A DNA stretch of 53,874 nt from an uncultured Candidatus Saccharibacteria bacterium (GTDB lineage Bacteria; Patescibacteriota; Minisyncoccia; Phycocordibacterales; UBA918), in the NCBI GenBank assembly GCA_964350745.1, contig CAYGKU010000001.1, positions 23,470-77,343 of the forward strand, read 5' to 3'. Made by a program: the position numbers and the translations under genes. Below, piece after piece: positions 9,967-19,596 of the stretch. Below the pieces are notes generated by a model, which saw nothing but the letters and a program-made list of their open reading frames with translations, did no database searches and was not told the origin of the DNA. Each line of letters starts with the position of its first letter. Position 1 is the first letter of the stretch.

Positions 9967-12081
9967 TCAATCACTTTTTGGTTTGATGAAGTTTGGATCA
10001 GATTGTTTGATCGATAGTCCGATCTTTCCATCTTCCACTTTACTCACAACGACCGGTACGGTGTCACCTACTTTGAGGTAGTCTTCCAGCGATTCTATCC
10101 TAAATGGTGCCACTTCAGAGATGTGGATCAAACCTTCGTTGTGATCATCCAGTTTAGCAAAAGCACCAAAGGTAGTGATCTTGGTTACTACAGCCTCAGC
10201 TTTCTCTCCCAGTTCGTAGGTTTTGGTCAGGTTCAAAATGGTGGTGGCGGCTTGGTTGGCGGTCCCGTTCTTTCCGGAAATATAGACAGTACCATCCTCT
10301 TCGATGGTGATCTCGTCCACCCCGCTTTCTTCTTTGATGCCCTTGATAGTTTTTCCGCCGGAGCCGATTACCAGACCGATCTGTTCCGGAAGAATGTTAA
10401 GGCTGATTATTTCCGGCGCTCTTGGCGAGATGCTTTCTCTTGGTTTGGAGATGTTGTTGGTCATGACCTTCAAGATCTGCAGTCGAGCCAGCTTGGCTTT
10501 TTCCAAAGCTTCGCTCAGGATCGGGAGTGATATGCCTTCCACTTTCACATCCATCTGAATGGCGGTCACTCCCTTCTCGGTTCCGGCTACTTTAAAGTCC
10601 ATGTCACCAAACTCATCTTCCGGTCCTTGGATGTCGGTAAGGAGTTTGTATTTGTCTTCAAGGATCATGACGCCTGAGGCAATGCCGGCCACCGGTCTTA
10701 TGATCGGCACGCCCCCGTCCATCAAGGCCAAGGTGGAAGCGCAAACTGAACCCATCGAACTGGAGCCATTGCTGGCCATCGTTTCAGATACTAAGCGAAT
10801 GGTATAGGGAAATTCTTTGGTCGAAGGAATGACCGGCACCAACGCCTTCTCAGCCAAAGCACCATGACCGATCATGCGTCGATTGAAACCACCCACCCTT
10901 CCCGTCTCGCCAACTGAAAATGGTGGGAAGTTGTAGTGGTGCATGAAGTGTTTTTTAGTGTCACGCTCTTCCATGGTGTCGATCATCTGCGCCGCTTCCG
11001 GTCCGCCCAAAGTTAGGGCGGAAAAGATGCGGGTGCCGCCACGATAAAATATTCCCGAACCATGAAGTACCGGTGATACGCCTCCGGCTTGCGCGTAGAG
11101 TGCGCGGACCTCATCGAAGTCTCGGCCGTCAGCTCTCTTTCCTTCGAGCACCGCTCCCTTGTGAAGTTCAAGATCGATCTGGTCTTCAAAAAATGAAGAG
11201 GCGATCTTTTCATCAAGATCATCTTCCGAAGCGGAAATGGTCTCGAGCCAGATCTTCTTTAGTTCATAGATATGATCCTTGCCGGCTCGATCTGAGAACA
11301 GAGTGGTTTGCAGTTTTTCCTTAAAGTCATTTTCGTAAAGAGAACGAATTTCGTTTGGAACTTCCGGTGGGGTAAAATTTCTTTTTTCTTTTCCGAGCTG
11401 GGCGATGATCTCTTTTTGGAAATTCTCCAGTTCACTATTGATGGCGATGGCGGACTCTAAAGTTTTTGCTACTTCCGCTTCCGGTATTTCAAAAGCGGCG
11501 GTCTCGATCATGTTGATCTTTTGGTCACGTCCGCAAGCCAGTATTTCAAGATCAAGCTCGCCGTCTTCACGGTCTTTGTAGGTGGGGTTGATGATGATCT
11601 GTCCGCCGTCCTTTTTCCTTCCCAGTCTCACAGCGCCGACTGGTCCGTGCCAAGGAATATCGGAGATACCAAGAGCTAGCGATGCTCCGATCACACCAAG
11701 TACATCAGGGTCGTCCTCGCCGATTGCCAGCACGGTCACTACCACCTGAACGTCGATCTTTAAGTGAGAGGGAAACAATGGTCTGATAGTTCGATCAACG
11801 ATTCGAGCAGACAGTATCGCCTCATCGCTCGGCCTGCCTTCGCGACGAATGAACCTGCTTCCCAGGATCTCTCCGGCAGCATAGAACTTTTCTTCAAATT
11901 CCACCGAGAGTGGAAAGTACGGTAGTCCGGCATTGTCGTTCTTGCCCATCACTGCTGTTACCAAGATCACGGTTTCGCCATAGCTTAAAAACACTGAACC
12001 GTTGGCTTGGTTGGTGAGGTCATTGAATTCGGCGGTCAAGGTCTTACCGCCGATCTCCTTGGTGAATATTTCTTTTTTCAT
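9967..12081 (-). CDS. pnp: Polynucleotide phosphorylase
   Basis: 704 aa. Two RNase PH-like domains (GSSSMGSVCASTLALMDGGVP), a KH domain (GLVIGSGGKTIKGI) and a C-terminal S1 domain. Confidence 0.95.
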   Translation of the reverse strand: MKKEIFTKEIGGKTLTAEFNDLTNQANGSVFLSYGETVILVTAVMGKNDNAGLPYFPLSVEFEEKFYAAGEILGSRFIRREGRPSDEAILSARIVDRTIRPLFPSHLKIDVQVVVTVLAIGEDDPDVLGVIGASLALGISDIPWHGPVGAVRLGRKKDGGQIIINPTYKDREDGELDLEILACGRDQKINMIETAAFEIPEAEVAKTLESAIAINSELENFQKEIIAQLGKEKRNFTPPEVPNEIRSLYENDFKEKLQTTLFSDRAGKDHIYELKKIWLETISASEDDLDEKIASSFFEDQIDLELHKGAVLEGKRADGRDFDEVRALYAQAGGVSPVLHGSGIFYRGGTRIFSALTLGGPEAAQMIDTMEERDTKKHFMHHYNFPPFSVGETGRVGGFNRRMIGHGALAEKALVPVIPSTKEFPYTIRLVSETMASNGSSSMGSVCASTLALMDGGVPIIRPVAGIASGVMILEDKYKLLTDIQGPEDEFGDMDFKVAGTEKGVTAIQMDVKVEGISLPILSEALEKAKLARLQILKVMTNNISKPRESISPRAPEIISLNILPEQIGLVIGSGGKTIKGIKEESGVDEITIEEDGTVYISGKNGTANQAATTILNLTKTYELGEKAEAVVTKITTFGAFAKLDDHNEGLIHISEVAPFRIESLEDYLKVGDTVPVVVSKVEDGKIGLSIKQSDPNFIKPKSD

Positions 12082-12107
12082 ATTTAATTACTTTTTCAAT
12101 TTTGATC

Positions 12108-12153
12108 TCCTTGGATTTTAGATTTCAATTTTTGAAATCTATCGATCCAAGGA
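12108..12153 (-). promoter_or_regulatory. Compound stem-loop in the pnp 5' leader
   Basis: TCCTTGGAT/ATCCAAGGA encloses AGATTTCAA/TTGAAATCT, 27-72 nt upstream of the pnp start. A leader hairpin processed by RNase III is known for E. coli pnp. The analogy is inferred. Confidence 0.45.
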
Positions 12154-12183
12154 CATCGGTAATAATGCTATGAGCATAACAAA

Positions 12184-12214
12184 ATCACCGACGGACACAA
12201 GGGTCGTCGGTGAT
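12184..12214 (-). terminator. Intrinsic terminator after the NYN-domain gene
   Basis: Hairpin ATCACCGACG/CGTCGGTGAT followed by TTTTG on the minus strand. Confidence 0.7.
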
Positions 12215-12231
12215 CGTTAGTGAGTATATGT

Positions 12232-12810
12232 CTACAGGTCGTCGGTGTCAGAACCAACCACTCTGCTTCTTGACTTGCGCGAGTTGGTCTTTCTTTTTCT
12301 GGTCTTGTAGCCGATCAAGAATTCGCTCGGTCTTTCATCCATGTCGATGAAGTCATCCACCACCTCCAACAATTTTGAAGAAGCAGATCGACCGAAGGTT
12401 ATCACCTCCACTTGGCAGCCTTGGCTCTTGACGTACTCTACCAGTGGAATGAAGTCGCCGTCACCAGTTGCGAGAACAATGGCATCAACTTTATGTGCCA
12501 GCTTAATAGCGTCGATCGCCAGACCAACATCCCAGTCAGCTTTCTTGGCACCACCGTAAAATATTTGCAGGTCTTTGGTTTTGATCTCGATCCCGACTTT
12601 TTCGAGCGCCTCAAAGAAAGCACTCTCTTCCCCACTCTCAGTGTTTACCACGTACGATAATGCTCGCACTAATTTTCTTTTTCCTAAAGCCGCCTTTACT
12701 ACCGCATCAAAATTTACTTTAGATTTGTAGATGTTCTTACCGCTATGATAAAGATTTTGCGTGTCGATCAAAATAGCGACACGTTGCTCGGGGTGTTTAA
12801 TTATTCCCAT
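12232..12810 (-). CDS. NYN-domain (LabA-like) protein, predicted RNase fold
   Basis: 192 aa. VAILIDTQNLY and ATGDGDFIPLV match the conserved acidic motifs of NYN/LabA domains. Basic C-terminal tail. Confidence 0.8.
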   Translation of the reverse strand: MGIIKHPEQRVAILIDTQNLYHSGKNIYKSKVNFDAVVKAALGKRKLVRALSYVVNTESGEESAFFEALEKVGIEIKTKDLQIFYGGAKKADWDVGLAIDAIKLAHKVDAIVLATGDGDFIPLVEYVKSQGCQVEVITFGRSASSKLLEVVDDFIDMDERPSEFLIGYKTRKRKTNSRKSRSRVVGSDTDDL

Positions 12811-12895
12811 ATGTATTGTTTCTTAAATATTAAAAATTTTTTATTAACTCCTCTACCTTCTATTTTTTTATTAAAAAATCATTTGTCAGAGATTA

Positions 12896-13102
12896 TCATA
12901 CCATCTCCAATTAATCTCCGTACAGCACTGTTTCATAATTTCGAGCGGTCAAGAAACTAAGGAGCGAAGCGACTATAGTTTCTAATCCTTTAGGGAAAGA
13001 CGAGCTGGAGTACGAAACACATCGAGATATGTTGAGTGCGAAGCGAAATCTTGTAGCCGAAATTTTGGAAGAGTGTCCGGAAGTTAATTGGAGATGGTAT
13101 GA
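12896..13102. repeat. 207-bp element bounded by 19-bp perfect inverted repeats (MITE-like or a large structured RNA)
   Basis: TCATACCATCTCCAATTAA (12896-12914) and its exact reverse complement (13084-13102). The interior is partly self-complementary and contains GAG...CGAA motifs. Confidence 0.5.
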
Positions 13103-13112
13103 CTATAACCTA

Positions 13113-13148
13113 AAAACAGAGATGCTCCAATTGGAGCATCTCTGTTTT
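13113..13148. terminator. Bidirectional terminator (36-nt perfect palindrome) after rpsO
   Basis: AAAACAGAGATGCTCCAA/TTGGAGCATCTCTGTTTT, 5 nt from the rpsO stop. Confidence 0.75.
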
Positions 13149-13152
13149 GTTC

Positions 13153-13419
13153 TTAACGTTTAAGACCTAGTTTCTTGATCAAAGCTTTGTAGCTTTTTTC
13201 GTTCTTGGTCTCCAGATACTTCAAGTGTTTGCGTCGGTCAGCCACCATTTGCAGTAGACCGCGACGTGAGTGGAAATCTTTCTTGTGTTTTCGCAAGTGA
13301 GTTGATAACTCTTCGATCTGCCTGGTCAAAAGCGCTACTTGGGCTTCAGGTGAACCGGTGTCACTGTCGTGTCTCTGGGTGTTTTTGATAACGTTTTCTT
13401 TAACTCTTTTTGTTAACAT
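13153..13419 (-). CDS. rpsO: 30S ribosomal protein S15
   Basis: Starts at the internal ATG ([12 protein letters not shown]...), giving ~88 aa. Typical S15 motifs: [28 protein letters not shown]. Confidence 0.9.
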   Translation of the reverse strand: MLTKRVKENVIKNTQRHDSDTGSPEAQVALLTRQIEELSTHLRKHKKDFHSRRGLLQMVADRRKHLKYLETKNEKSYKALIKKLGLKR

Positions 13420-13601
13420 ATATATGTGTGGAATGACCAGTCTGTAGTAGATACGCACTTGTGAGTGCCTGCAAGCTGGTCGTTAGTTATAACCGCGAAG
13501 GTTCTGACTACTATATCACAAAAATACCACAAATGCAACCTAAGACTTCAGTTCGACAGTCTGTCAAAACGGTTGCCGGATAACGTTGTATAATAAGAGT
13601 C

Positions 13602-14519
13602 ATGACCTTATACGAACTGAAACAACAATTTCTGGAGTACTTAGAGATCGAGCGGGGGCGGAGTGTGAAGACGGTCGAGAACTACGATCGGTATTTGACC
13701 CGTTTCTTTGACTTTGCCAAGGTAAAGAAACCCGGGGAACTGAAAGAGGAACAGGTGCGGGAATTCCGCCTGTATCTCAATCGGCAAAATGGCACCAAGG
13801 TCGGAGGGCATTTTGATACGATGAAACGCCGGACCCAGAATTATTACCTGATCGCCTTGCGAGCGTTTCTTAAATATTTACGAAAGCGGGGCGTGACCTC
13901 GCTCTCTCCGGAGCGGATCGAGTTGGCCAAAGTGCCGGAGCGGTCACTTGACCTGATCTCACCGGAAGAGCTCGGTCGCCTACTCAAAGCACCTTCTGAT
14001 AATTCACTGGAGGGCAAGCGCGATCAAGCCATCCTCGAACTCTTGTTCTCTACCGGTCTTCGTATCTCGGAGCTCTGTTCTCTGTCGATCGACGATGTCG
14101 ATCTGTCACGAGATGAATTTTCCGTGCGGGGAAAGGGTGACAAGATCCGCGTGGTCTTTTTGTCTGAGGAAGCCAAGGTGGCGATCAAGAATTATTTGGA
14201 TGCTCGTAAGGATATGGAGGATGCGCTTTTTATCCGTTACGGAAAAAAAGCACACGTCGGTGAGGACGCGCGCATTTCGCCAAGGGCGGTACAAAGACTA
14301 CTTAAGCATTACGCCACCAAAGCCGGCATCACCCGCAAAGTCACTCCACACGTCATTCGCCATAGTTTCGCCACCGACCTCCTAAGTAACGGTGCCGACC
14401 TACGCTCAGTGCAAGCTCTTCTTGGACACGCCAACATCGGTACCACTCAGGTGTACACTCATGTCACCGACGCGCACCTGCGCGCCGTCCACAAAAAATT
14501 CCACTCGAAGAGGAAATAG
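13602..14519 (+). CDS. Tyrosine recombinase, XerC/XerD type
   Basis: 305 aa. N-terminal SAM-like core-binding domain. Catalytic RHSFAT, LGHANIGTTQVYTHV with the terminal Tyr. Confidence 0.9.
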   Translation: MTLYELKQQFLEYLEIERGRSVKTVENYDRYLTRFFDFAKVKKPGELKEEQVREFRLYLNRQNGTKVGGHFDTMKRRTQNYYLIALRAFLKYLRKRGVTSLSPERIELAKVPERSLDLISPEELGRLLKAPSDNSLEGKRDQAILELLFSTGLRISELCSLSIDDVDLSRDEFSVRGKGDKIRVVFLSEEAKVAIKNYLDARKDMEDALFIRYGKKAHVGEDARISPRAVQRLLKHYATKAGITRKVTPHVIRHSFATDLLSNGADLRSVQALLGHANIGTTQVYTHVTDAHLRAVHKKFHSKRK

Positions 14520-14539
14520 ATTTAAATAAAGTAAAAAAC

Positions 14540-15088
14540 ATGCAAGATAAAATAATTGATCATCTTAAAAATACTTACTATCCTGACGCAATAATTTTAC
14601 ATGGTTCGAGAGCCAGAGGGATGAATAGAAAAAATAGTGATTGGGATTTTATTTTGTTATATAAGAACAATACTATTTGTAAAAATGGCAGACAGTTGTT
14701 TGAGGGTCAAAATATTGAAGTATCAATTTTTGTATTACCAGTTGCAGATATCATTAAATCCTTTTTTACAAAGTTACAAGAAGCAGTGGTTGTGTTTGAG
14801 AAAGAACATATCGGAACAGATTTATTAGACAAAGCAAGGTCGGTCTATTCACAAAAATTATCATTGTCTAAAGAAAATATAAATGGTCATAGACTTTGGT
14901 TTCAGGAAAGAGTTGATGGTATGAAGGATGTTGTTAACGACCCCATTCTCTTTACTAAATATTATTCTGACCTTTATCCAAGAATATTTAATTATTGGTA
15001 TTGGATCTTACATAAGAAAAATTCTCAACCCATTTACGTTGCGATTGAAGAGATTAAGATAAATGATCCTGAATATTTGAGTTGGTAA
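14540..15088 (+). CDS. Nucleotidyltransferase-domain protein (KNTase/MNT-like)
   Basis: 182 aa. HGSRARG...SDWDF matches the GS-x(n)-DxD pol-beta NTase signature. Helical C-terminal half. Confidence 0.7.
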   Translation: MQDKIIDHLKNTYYPDAIILHGSRARGMNRKNSDWDFILLYKNNTICKNGRQLFEGQNIEVSIFVLPVADIIKSFFTKLQEAVVVFEKEHIGTDLLDKARSVYSQKLSLSKENINGHRLWFQERVDGMKDVVNDPILFTKYYSDLYPRIFNYWYWILHKKNSQPIYVAIEEIKINDPEYLSW

Positions 15089-15182
15089 AAATTTTTGCAA
15101 ATCCTGAAACTTCTTTTCAAGACAAAATTACTTCTGCTGAAAATATAAGTAGAAAATTATTTTTATAGTCTAGGAGAATAAG

Positions 15183-16073
15183 CTACCCCATCAACCCCAC
15201 TGCCAAGATGGAAAGAATGATCGCAATTACTTTTCTGGTGTTCCAATGCTCGTTATAAAAAATAATGGAGAGCACTATGGGAATCACTATATATAGCGAG
15301 GTGATGGCGTAGACTATAGCTAAAGAACCTCCGTGAGAAAATGCCAGTATGAGAGTGGAGAAACTGATCATTTGGATGACGCCACTAATGAGGGTTAGCT
15401 TTATAAACTTACTGTCAATGGTCACTGGTTCCTTGGTGCCAGATTTCGATTTGTTGTTTTTGTGTAAGAAGACGCTGGAGGCGGTCAATAAGATGTTTAG
15501 TAATCCAGCAAACAGCAATACCGCTGTAAACCATTCAGTTCCCAGTTTATAAATGGCCGCTCCCACTCCCGCTAGTAAAGAACTGAAAATGATAAACATC
15601 ACGCCCGTCTTCAAATTTTGTTGGCGGTGATTCTCTACTCGATTTATCAAAAGTAAAGGTACCAAAACCCCCATTATCACTCCCAGCAGTTCAAGTGTGG
15701 TTAAGTGTTCGCTAAATAAAATTATTCCCAAAAGTAAAGCAAAAAGTGGACTGATGAATTTATGTAGAGGTAAGGCGATGGTGGTGTCGATATAGCGAAA
15801 AGAATCCATGCGCAAGTTGGATGAAAACAAATATATGACCCCACCCGCCAGGGCTAAGCCCAACATCACCCAGGAAATTTCACTGTAACCTTCGGTCAGT
15901 CCGGCCAATATAAGGATGCCGATTCCTGAAACGCCGGAACTGAGACCATTCAGTAAATTTGAGTTGTAATTTCGCACTGATCCGAGCTTTTGGATAAAAA
16001 CCAGTAGTCCGGAGAATACCAGAGATATCAAAGCAAAAATAAACCAAAGTTCCATAACTGTGCAGTATAGCAC
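15183..16073 (-). CDS. EamA/DMT-family transporter
   Basis: 296 aa, about 10 predicted TM helices arranged as two similar halves. Confidence 0.7.
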   Translation of the reverse strand: MLYCTVMELWFIFALISLVFSGLLVFIQKLGSVRNYNSNLLNGLSSGVSGIGILILAGLTEGYSEISWVMLGLALAGGVIYLFSSNLRMDSFRYIDTTIALPLHKFISPLFALLLGIILFSEHLTTLELLGVIMGVLVPLLLINRVENHRQQNLKTGVMFIIFSSLLAGVGAAIYKLGTEWFTAVLLFAGLLNILLTASSVFLHKNNKSKSGTKEPVTIDSKFIKLTLISGVIQMISFSTLILAFSHGGSLAIVYAITSLYIVIPIVLSIIFYNEHWNTRKVIAIILSILAVGLMG

Positions 16074-16275
16074 GGTGGCTATGTTGTTCTAGTGGTCTAT
16101 GTAATATTTTTGATCTTGGTACGTCTACCCAATTAAGAGTTGGTTATTTTGGTATACGCTGTGCTTCTCACTTAACGTATACCGATCTCGGGTCTTAATT
16201 TTATAAGGTAACAAACACCCCTCTTTCGAAGGACCGGTCAACTGTTTGGAGTATTGTCAGATATTAACCCCTAGA

Positions 16276-17475
16276 ATGAATAAAATTGCTTATGACACAG
16301 AGTGGTTTGAGACTTATTTGAATAAGTGTTCTTTCGATGACATAAGCTTTATTAAGTTTGAGCAGGAGAATTTGGAAGAACAGAGACAAAAATTTTTTAC
16401 CGGGAAGACTGACGAACCGGTACTTTTGTATCAGGATTTCCGTGAACAAGTGGCTGACCACCGGCGGGGATTGGAAGATTTTCGGGAAATGATCGAAAAG
16501 GATAAAGATCAGCTTTTTGCTGTTAGGCAAATTTATTATAGAAAAATAGTCAAACAATTGGATAGAGTTACTTTGCTTGAGGCGATGAATTTGGCGGATG
16601 ATGAGAGGTTTATGGAAACTTCTTTGAAGTTGTATGGAGAGTTAGATAAAGTTTTAATGCAAAAAGCTCTAGCTACTCTTTTGCTCGCCGCTAAAAGAAA
16701 TGGTTATGTTCTTAGCGAGTACCTTAAAGAACTAGCTGCTTATTTTAGTGCATCTCCGGATAATTCAGTCTTTGATCACGAACCGATCGATGAGAACGCG
16801 GAAATGTTATCGGCTGATGGGATCGCTGAAATATTCAAAGAAGATCTGCGTGAAAAAGAGATTCCTTGGCAGGTTAGGATCTGCGGTGAGGCTCTGGTGG
16901 TACACGTGAATTATACCGAAAAAACTATCATCATCCCCGCCTTTAGAACAATGACGAAGGTTGAGGTCAAGGCTCTGGTGGAGCACGAGGTGAATGTTCA
17001 TTTGCTTAGATACATAAATGGTGCCAACAGCAGTTTGCGGTTGTTGTCTATTGGGTTGGATGGTTATATCAAAGGTGAAGAAGGTATTACCACCTACCGA
17101 CAGTGTCTGATCGATAAAAGTCTACCGAGTGTCGACACATATATAGGTATTGGTTTGGCCAGTGGTCTCTATGAAGGTAGACCCAGAAGTTTCAGAGAAG
17201 TCTTTAATTTTTTCAAGGAATACTTTAGAATGATCAATAAGTCTGAGTCAGAGATCGATAATTTAGCTTGGAAAAAAACCTTACGTCTGTTTAGAGGAAC
17301 TACTGGTAAAACCGGCGCTTGCTTCACCCGCGGCACCATCTACTTTGAGGGTTTTGTAAAGATAAAAGAAATGATCGAAGTTGGTCACCCTGAGGTCGAT
17401 AGATTTTTGGTGGGAAAATACGATCCGACCAATGAGTTCCATATTAGTATTCTAGATGAGTTGAGGGTGAGGTAG
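16276..17475 (+). CDS. DUF1704-like putative metallopeptidase (HExxH)
   Basis: The ORF track begins at a TTG (16246). The first ATG is at 16276. HEVNVH zinc-motif and a downstream GEEGIT segment resemble the DUF1704 (tyrosine/phenylalanine carboxypeptidase-like) family. Confidence 0.5.
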   Translation: MNKIAYDTEWFETYLNKCSFDDISFIKFEQENLEEQRQKFFTGKTDEPVLLYQDFREQVADHRRGLEDFREMIEKDKDQLFAVRQIYYRKIVKQLDRVTLLEAMNLADDERFMETSLKLYGELDKVLMQKALATLLLAAKRNGYVLSEYLKELAAYFSASPDNSVFDHEPIDENAEMLSADGIAEIFKEDLREKEIPWQVRICGEALVVHVNYTEKTIIIPAFRTMTKVEVKALVEHEVNVHLLRYINGANSSLRLLSIGLDGYIKGEEGITTYRQCLIDKSLPSVDTYIGIGLASGLYEGRPRSFREVFNFFKEYFRMINKSESEIDNLAWKKTLRLFRGTTGKTGACFTRGTIYFEGFVKIKEMIEVGHPEVDRFLVGKYDPTNEFHISILDELRVR

Positions 17476-17494
17476 ATTGAGGTTTTGGATATAT

Positions 17495-17525
17495 TAAAGC
17501 CCCGCGCCGAAGGCGCGGGGCTTTA
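17495..17525. terminator. Bidirectional terminator between convergent genes
   Basis: TAAAGCCCCGCGCC-GAA-GGCGCGGGGCTTTA. Confidence 0.75.
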
Positions 17526-17545
17526 AACTTATTTAGAGTACTACT

Positions 17546-18523
17546 TTATTGAATTGAGGAATTTGAATACAGCTCCAGTACCGACAAGACTCCGGCCTTA
17601 TTTTGTCCCCACTCGATCTGGTCTCTGGTGTTGAGTTCTACTGTAATAGCGGGAATTCCAATGGAAGCCAACCAACCTTCAGCATCTCCGGTAACCGGAT
17701 AAGCGTCGAAGGCTGCCACGGCTCTGTAGCTGGCGGCCGATGCGTAGGTGTTCATTAAGGTTATGGTGCTTGGTAATACACCATTTTCACATTCTGAGGC
17801 GTAAACAGCGTTAGCTTTACTGTGCCAGAAAATAACTGCTACCGGATTGTCCTTCTCTACTAATTCTTTTAGGGCCAAGGCTTCCGGTTCGGAGAAAGCG
17901 GATGTTCCGGCACTGACCTTATTTCCTCTCCAGGTGCTTTCCGGTTGCCATTTGCAATCAAAGTTACGGTTAAGATCGACATTGTTGGCATTGAAGCGTC
18001 CTTGCCCAAGGGTCAAAGAAGAGCTTGGTGGTATATCGGTCAGGTCGAACCTCCCTTCTTTGCCGACCACTGAGTAGAGACCGTCTGGGTTTAAGACAGG
18101 AATTATTTTGATCTTTAAGTCATTAGGAACATTTATCATGTCAGCCTCTAATTCGTCTATAAGTTCGTAGGCCAACAAGACACTGTTCCATTCATAACCG
18201 CCGTGAATACCGCCAACGAATAGAACGGTAGTGCTACCGGTGCCATACGTATAGCTTTCTATGATACGACCTTCAGTCGAGGTGCCAATAACCATCTGTC
18301 TGGTCGAAGTGGCTATGATACTATCTTTATCTCCATCAGGCGCTTCTATGATAGTGTCGTCATTTAGTTCGGCTTGTTTGGCTGGGTCGGGTGCGGTTAG
18401 GATGCCATACTGCCAAATCATTATCCCAAAAACCACCAACGACAATGCAAGAATTCCTCTTTGGACCCAAGTTTTTTTAAGTTCCTCTTCTTTTTTCTTT
18501 TCTGACAATTTCTTAATTTTCAT
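17546..18523 (-). CDS. M14-family zinc carboxypeptidase-like protein (probably active paralog)
   Basis: 325 aa. N-terminal TM/signal anchor, IHGGYEW, DLNRNFDC, FWHS, and a catalytic-Glu context AITVELNTRD. Confidence 0.75.
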   Translation of the reverse strand: MKIKKLSEKKKEEELKKTWVQRGILALSLVVFGIMIWQYGILTAPDPAKQAELNDDTIIEAPDGDKDSIIATSTRQMVIGTSTEGRIIESYTYGTGSTTVLFVGGIHGGYEWNSVLLAYELIDELEADMINVPNDLKIKIIPVLNPDGLYSVVGKEGRFDLTDIPPSSSLTLGQGRFNANNVDLNRNFDCKWQPESTWRGNKVSAGTSAFSEPEALALKELVEKDNPVAVIFWHSKANAVYASECENGVLPSTITLMNTYASAASYRAVAAFDAYPVTGDAEGWLASIGIPAITVELNTRDQIEWGQNKAGVLSVLELYSNSSIQ

Positions 18524-19491
18524 TAGTTAGCGTAGTGGTTTAAGACCGCTTCGATCCCTGCTCGGTTCTTGCTCCACTCGGTATTATTGTGTGAGGATAG
18601 GATCACACTAATAGCTGGGATATTGAGTCCGGCCATCCAGTTGGCCATATCGCCATTGATCTCATAATAATTGAAGTCTTCAACCGGATAATTGGAAGCG
18701 TTGGCAAAAAGGTTAGCCAGGGTAAGAGTTTCGTCAGCAATGCCACCCCCACAGCTCGAAGCGTTCACTTCACCGGCGGAACTGTACCAGACAACAACGG
18801 CGGTCGGATCATTGCTTGTAACATATGAACGAAGCGCTCGGGTTTCCGGCTCTGAGAATGGTTCTGAACCTCCGCTAACATTGCGGTCTTTCCAAGTACT
18901 GACTGATTTCCATTCACAATCAAAGTTACGGTTTAGATCTACGTCGTTGCCGTTAAAACGACCGGCTATTCGTACTGCTTCAGAGTCATTTACATCTCCG
19001 GCAGTGAATTCTCCGGTGTTGCCGGTCACCTTCTTTAGTCCGTCGGGATTAAGAACCGGAATAACAGTGACGGTAAGATTGCTTGGTATTACGCTTGGGT
19101 TACTTTCAAGCCAGTCAATGATCTCAAAACCAAGTAAGGCGGTGTTCCAAGAATAGCCACCATGTACTCCTCCGATAAGTACTATTTCATCAGGGCCGTT
19201 ACCAAAATGATAAGCGGATATACTATTGCCTTCAGCTGATCTACCGATAGAATTACTGTCTCCTTGAGTTGAATCAAGGTTGTTATTGTCTAAATTGTTG
19301 TTTGTTTGATCATCGTCAGTTGGTAGAGTGGTGTTACTGTCAGGATCGGTGTTGGTGGTGTCTAAAGTATCTTCAGCTTGTTTTTCTTTTACGTAAGTAT
19401 CAATACTGTCTTTATTGTATAAATAAAAAGCGGCACCGGCGGCTATTAATAAAATTATGGCGACAAGAATTAAAATATTTTTCATATACAT
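18523..19491 (-). CDS. M14-like paralog lacking key acidic residues (probable pseudo-peptidase)
   Basis: 322 aa and collinear with the downstream paralog. It has VHGGYSW (Glu to Ser) and AISVILSSHN (Glu to Ile). Its stop overlaps the next start by 1 nt. Confidence 0.7.
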   Translation of the reverse strand: MYMKNILILVAIILLIAAGAAFYLYNKDSIDTYVKEKQAEDTLDTTNTDPDSNTTLPTDDDQTNNNLDNNNLDSTQGDSNSIGRSAEGNSISAYHFGNGPDEIVLIGGVHGGYSWNTALLGFEIIDWLESNPSVIPSNLTVTVIPVLNPDGLKKVTGNTGEFTAGDVNDSEAVRIAGRFNGNDVDLNRNFDCEWKSVSTWKDRNVSGGSEPFSEPETRALRSYVTSNDPTAVVVWYSSAGEVNASSCGGGIADETLTLANLFANASNYPVEDFNYYEINGDMANWMAGLNIPAISVILSSHNNTEWSKNRAGIEAVLNHYAN

Positions 19492-19520
19492 ATTATTATA
19501 TGTCAGCTATTTAAGAATAG

Positions 19521-19564
19521 CAAAACCACCCCGCGGCCGAAGGCCGCGGGGTGGTTTTGCTATT
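19521..19564. repeat. 44-nt hairpin, copy 1 of an identical pair; also a terminator
   Basis: CAAAACCACCCCGCGGCCGAAGGCCGCGGGGTGGTTTTGCTATT, identical to 21518..21561. Confidence 0.85.
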
Positions 19565-19596
19565 AGATGTACAATTTCTTTATAGGTATATAAGAC

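Noticed and set aside
13060-13085. SRP-RNA-like GUCCGGAAG string
   Set aside because: The flanking sequence lacks the conserved AGCA/GGAA symmetric and asymmetric loop context of SRP RNA domain IV. The string lies inside the inverted-repeat element.
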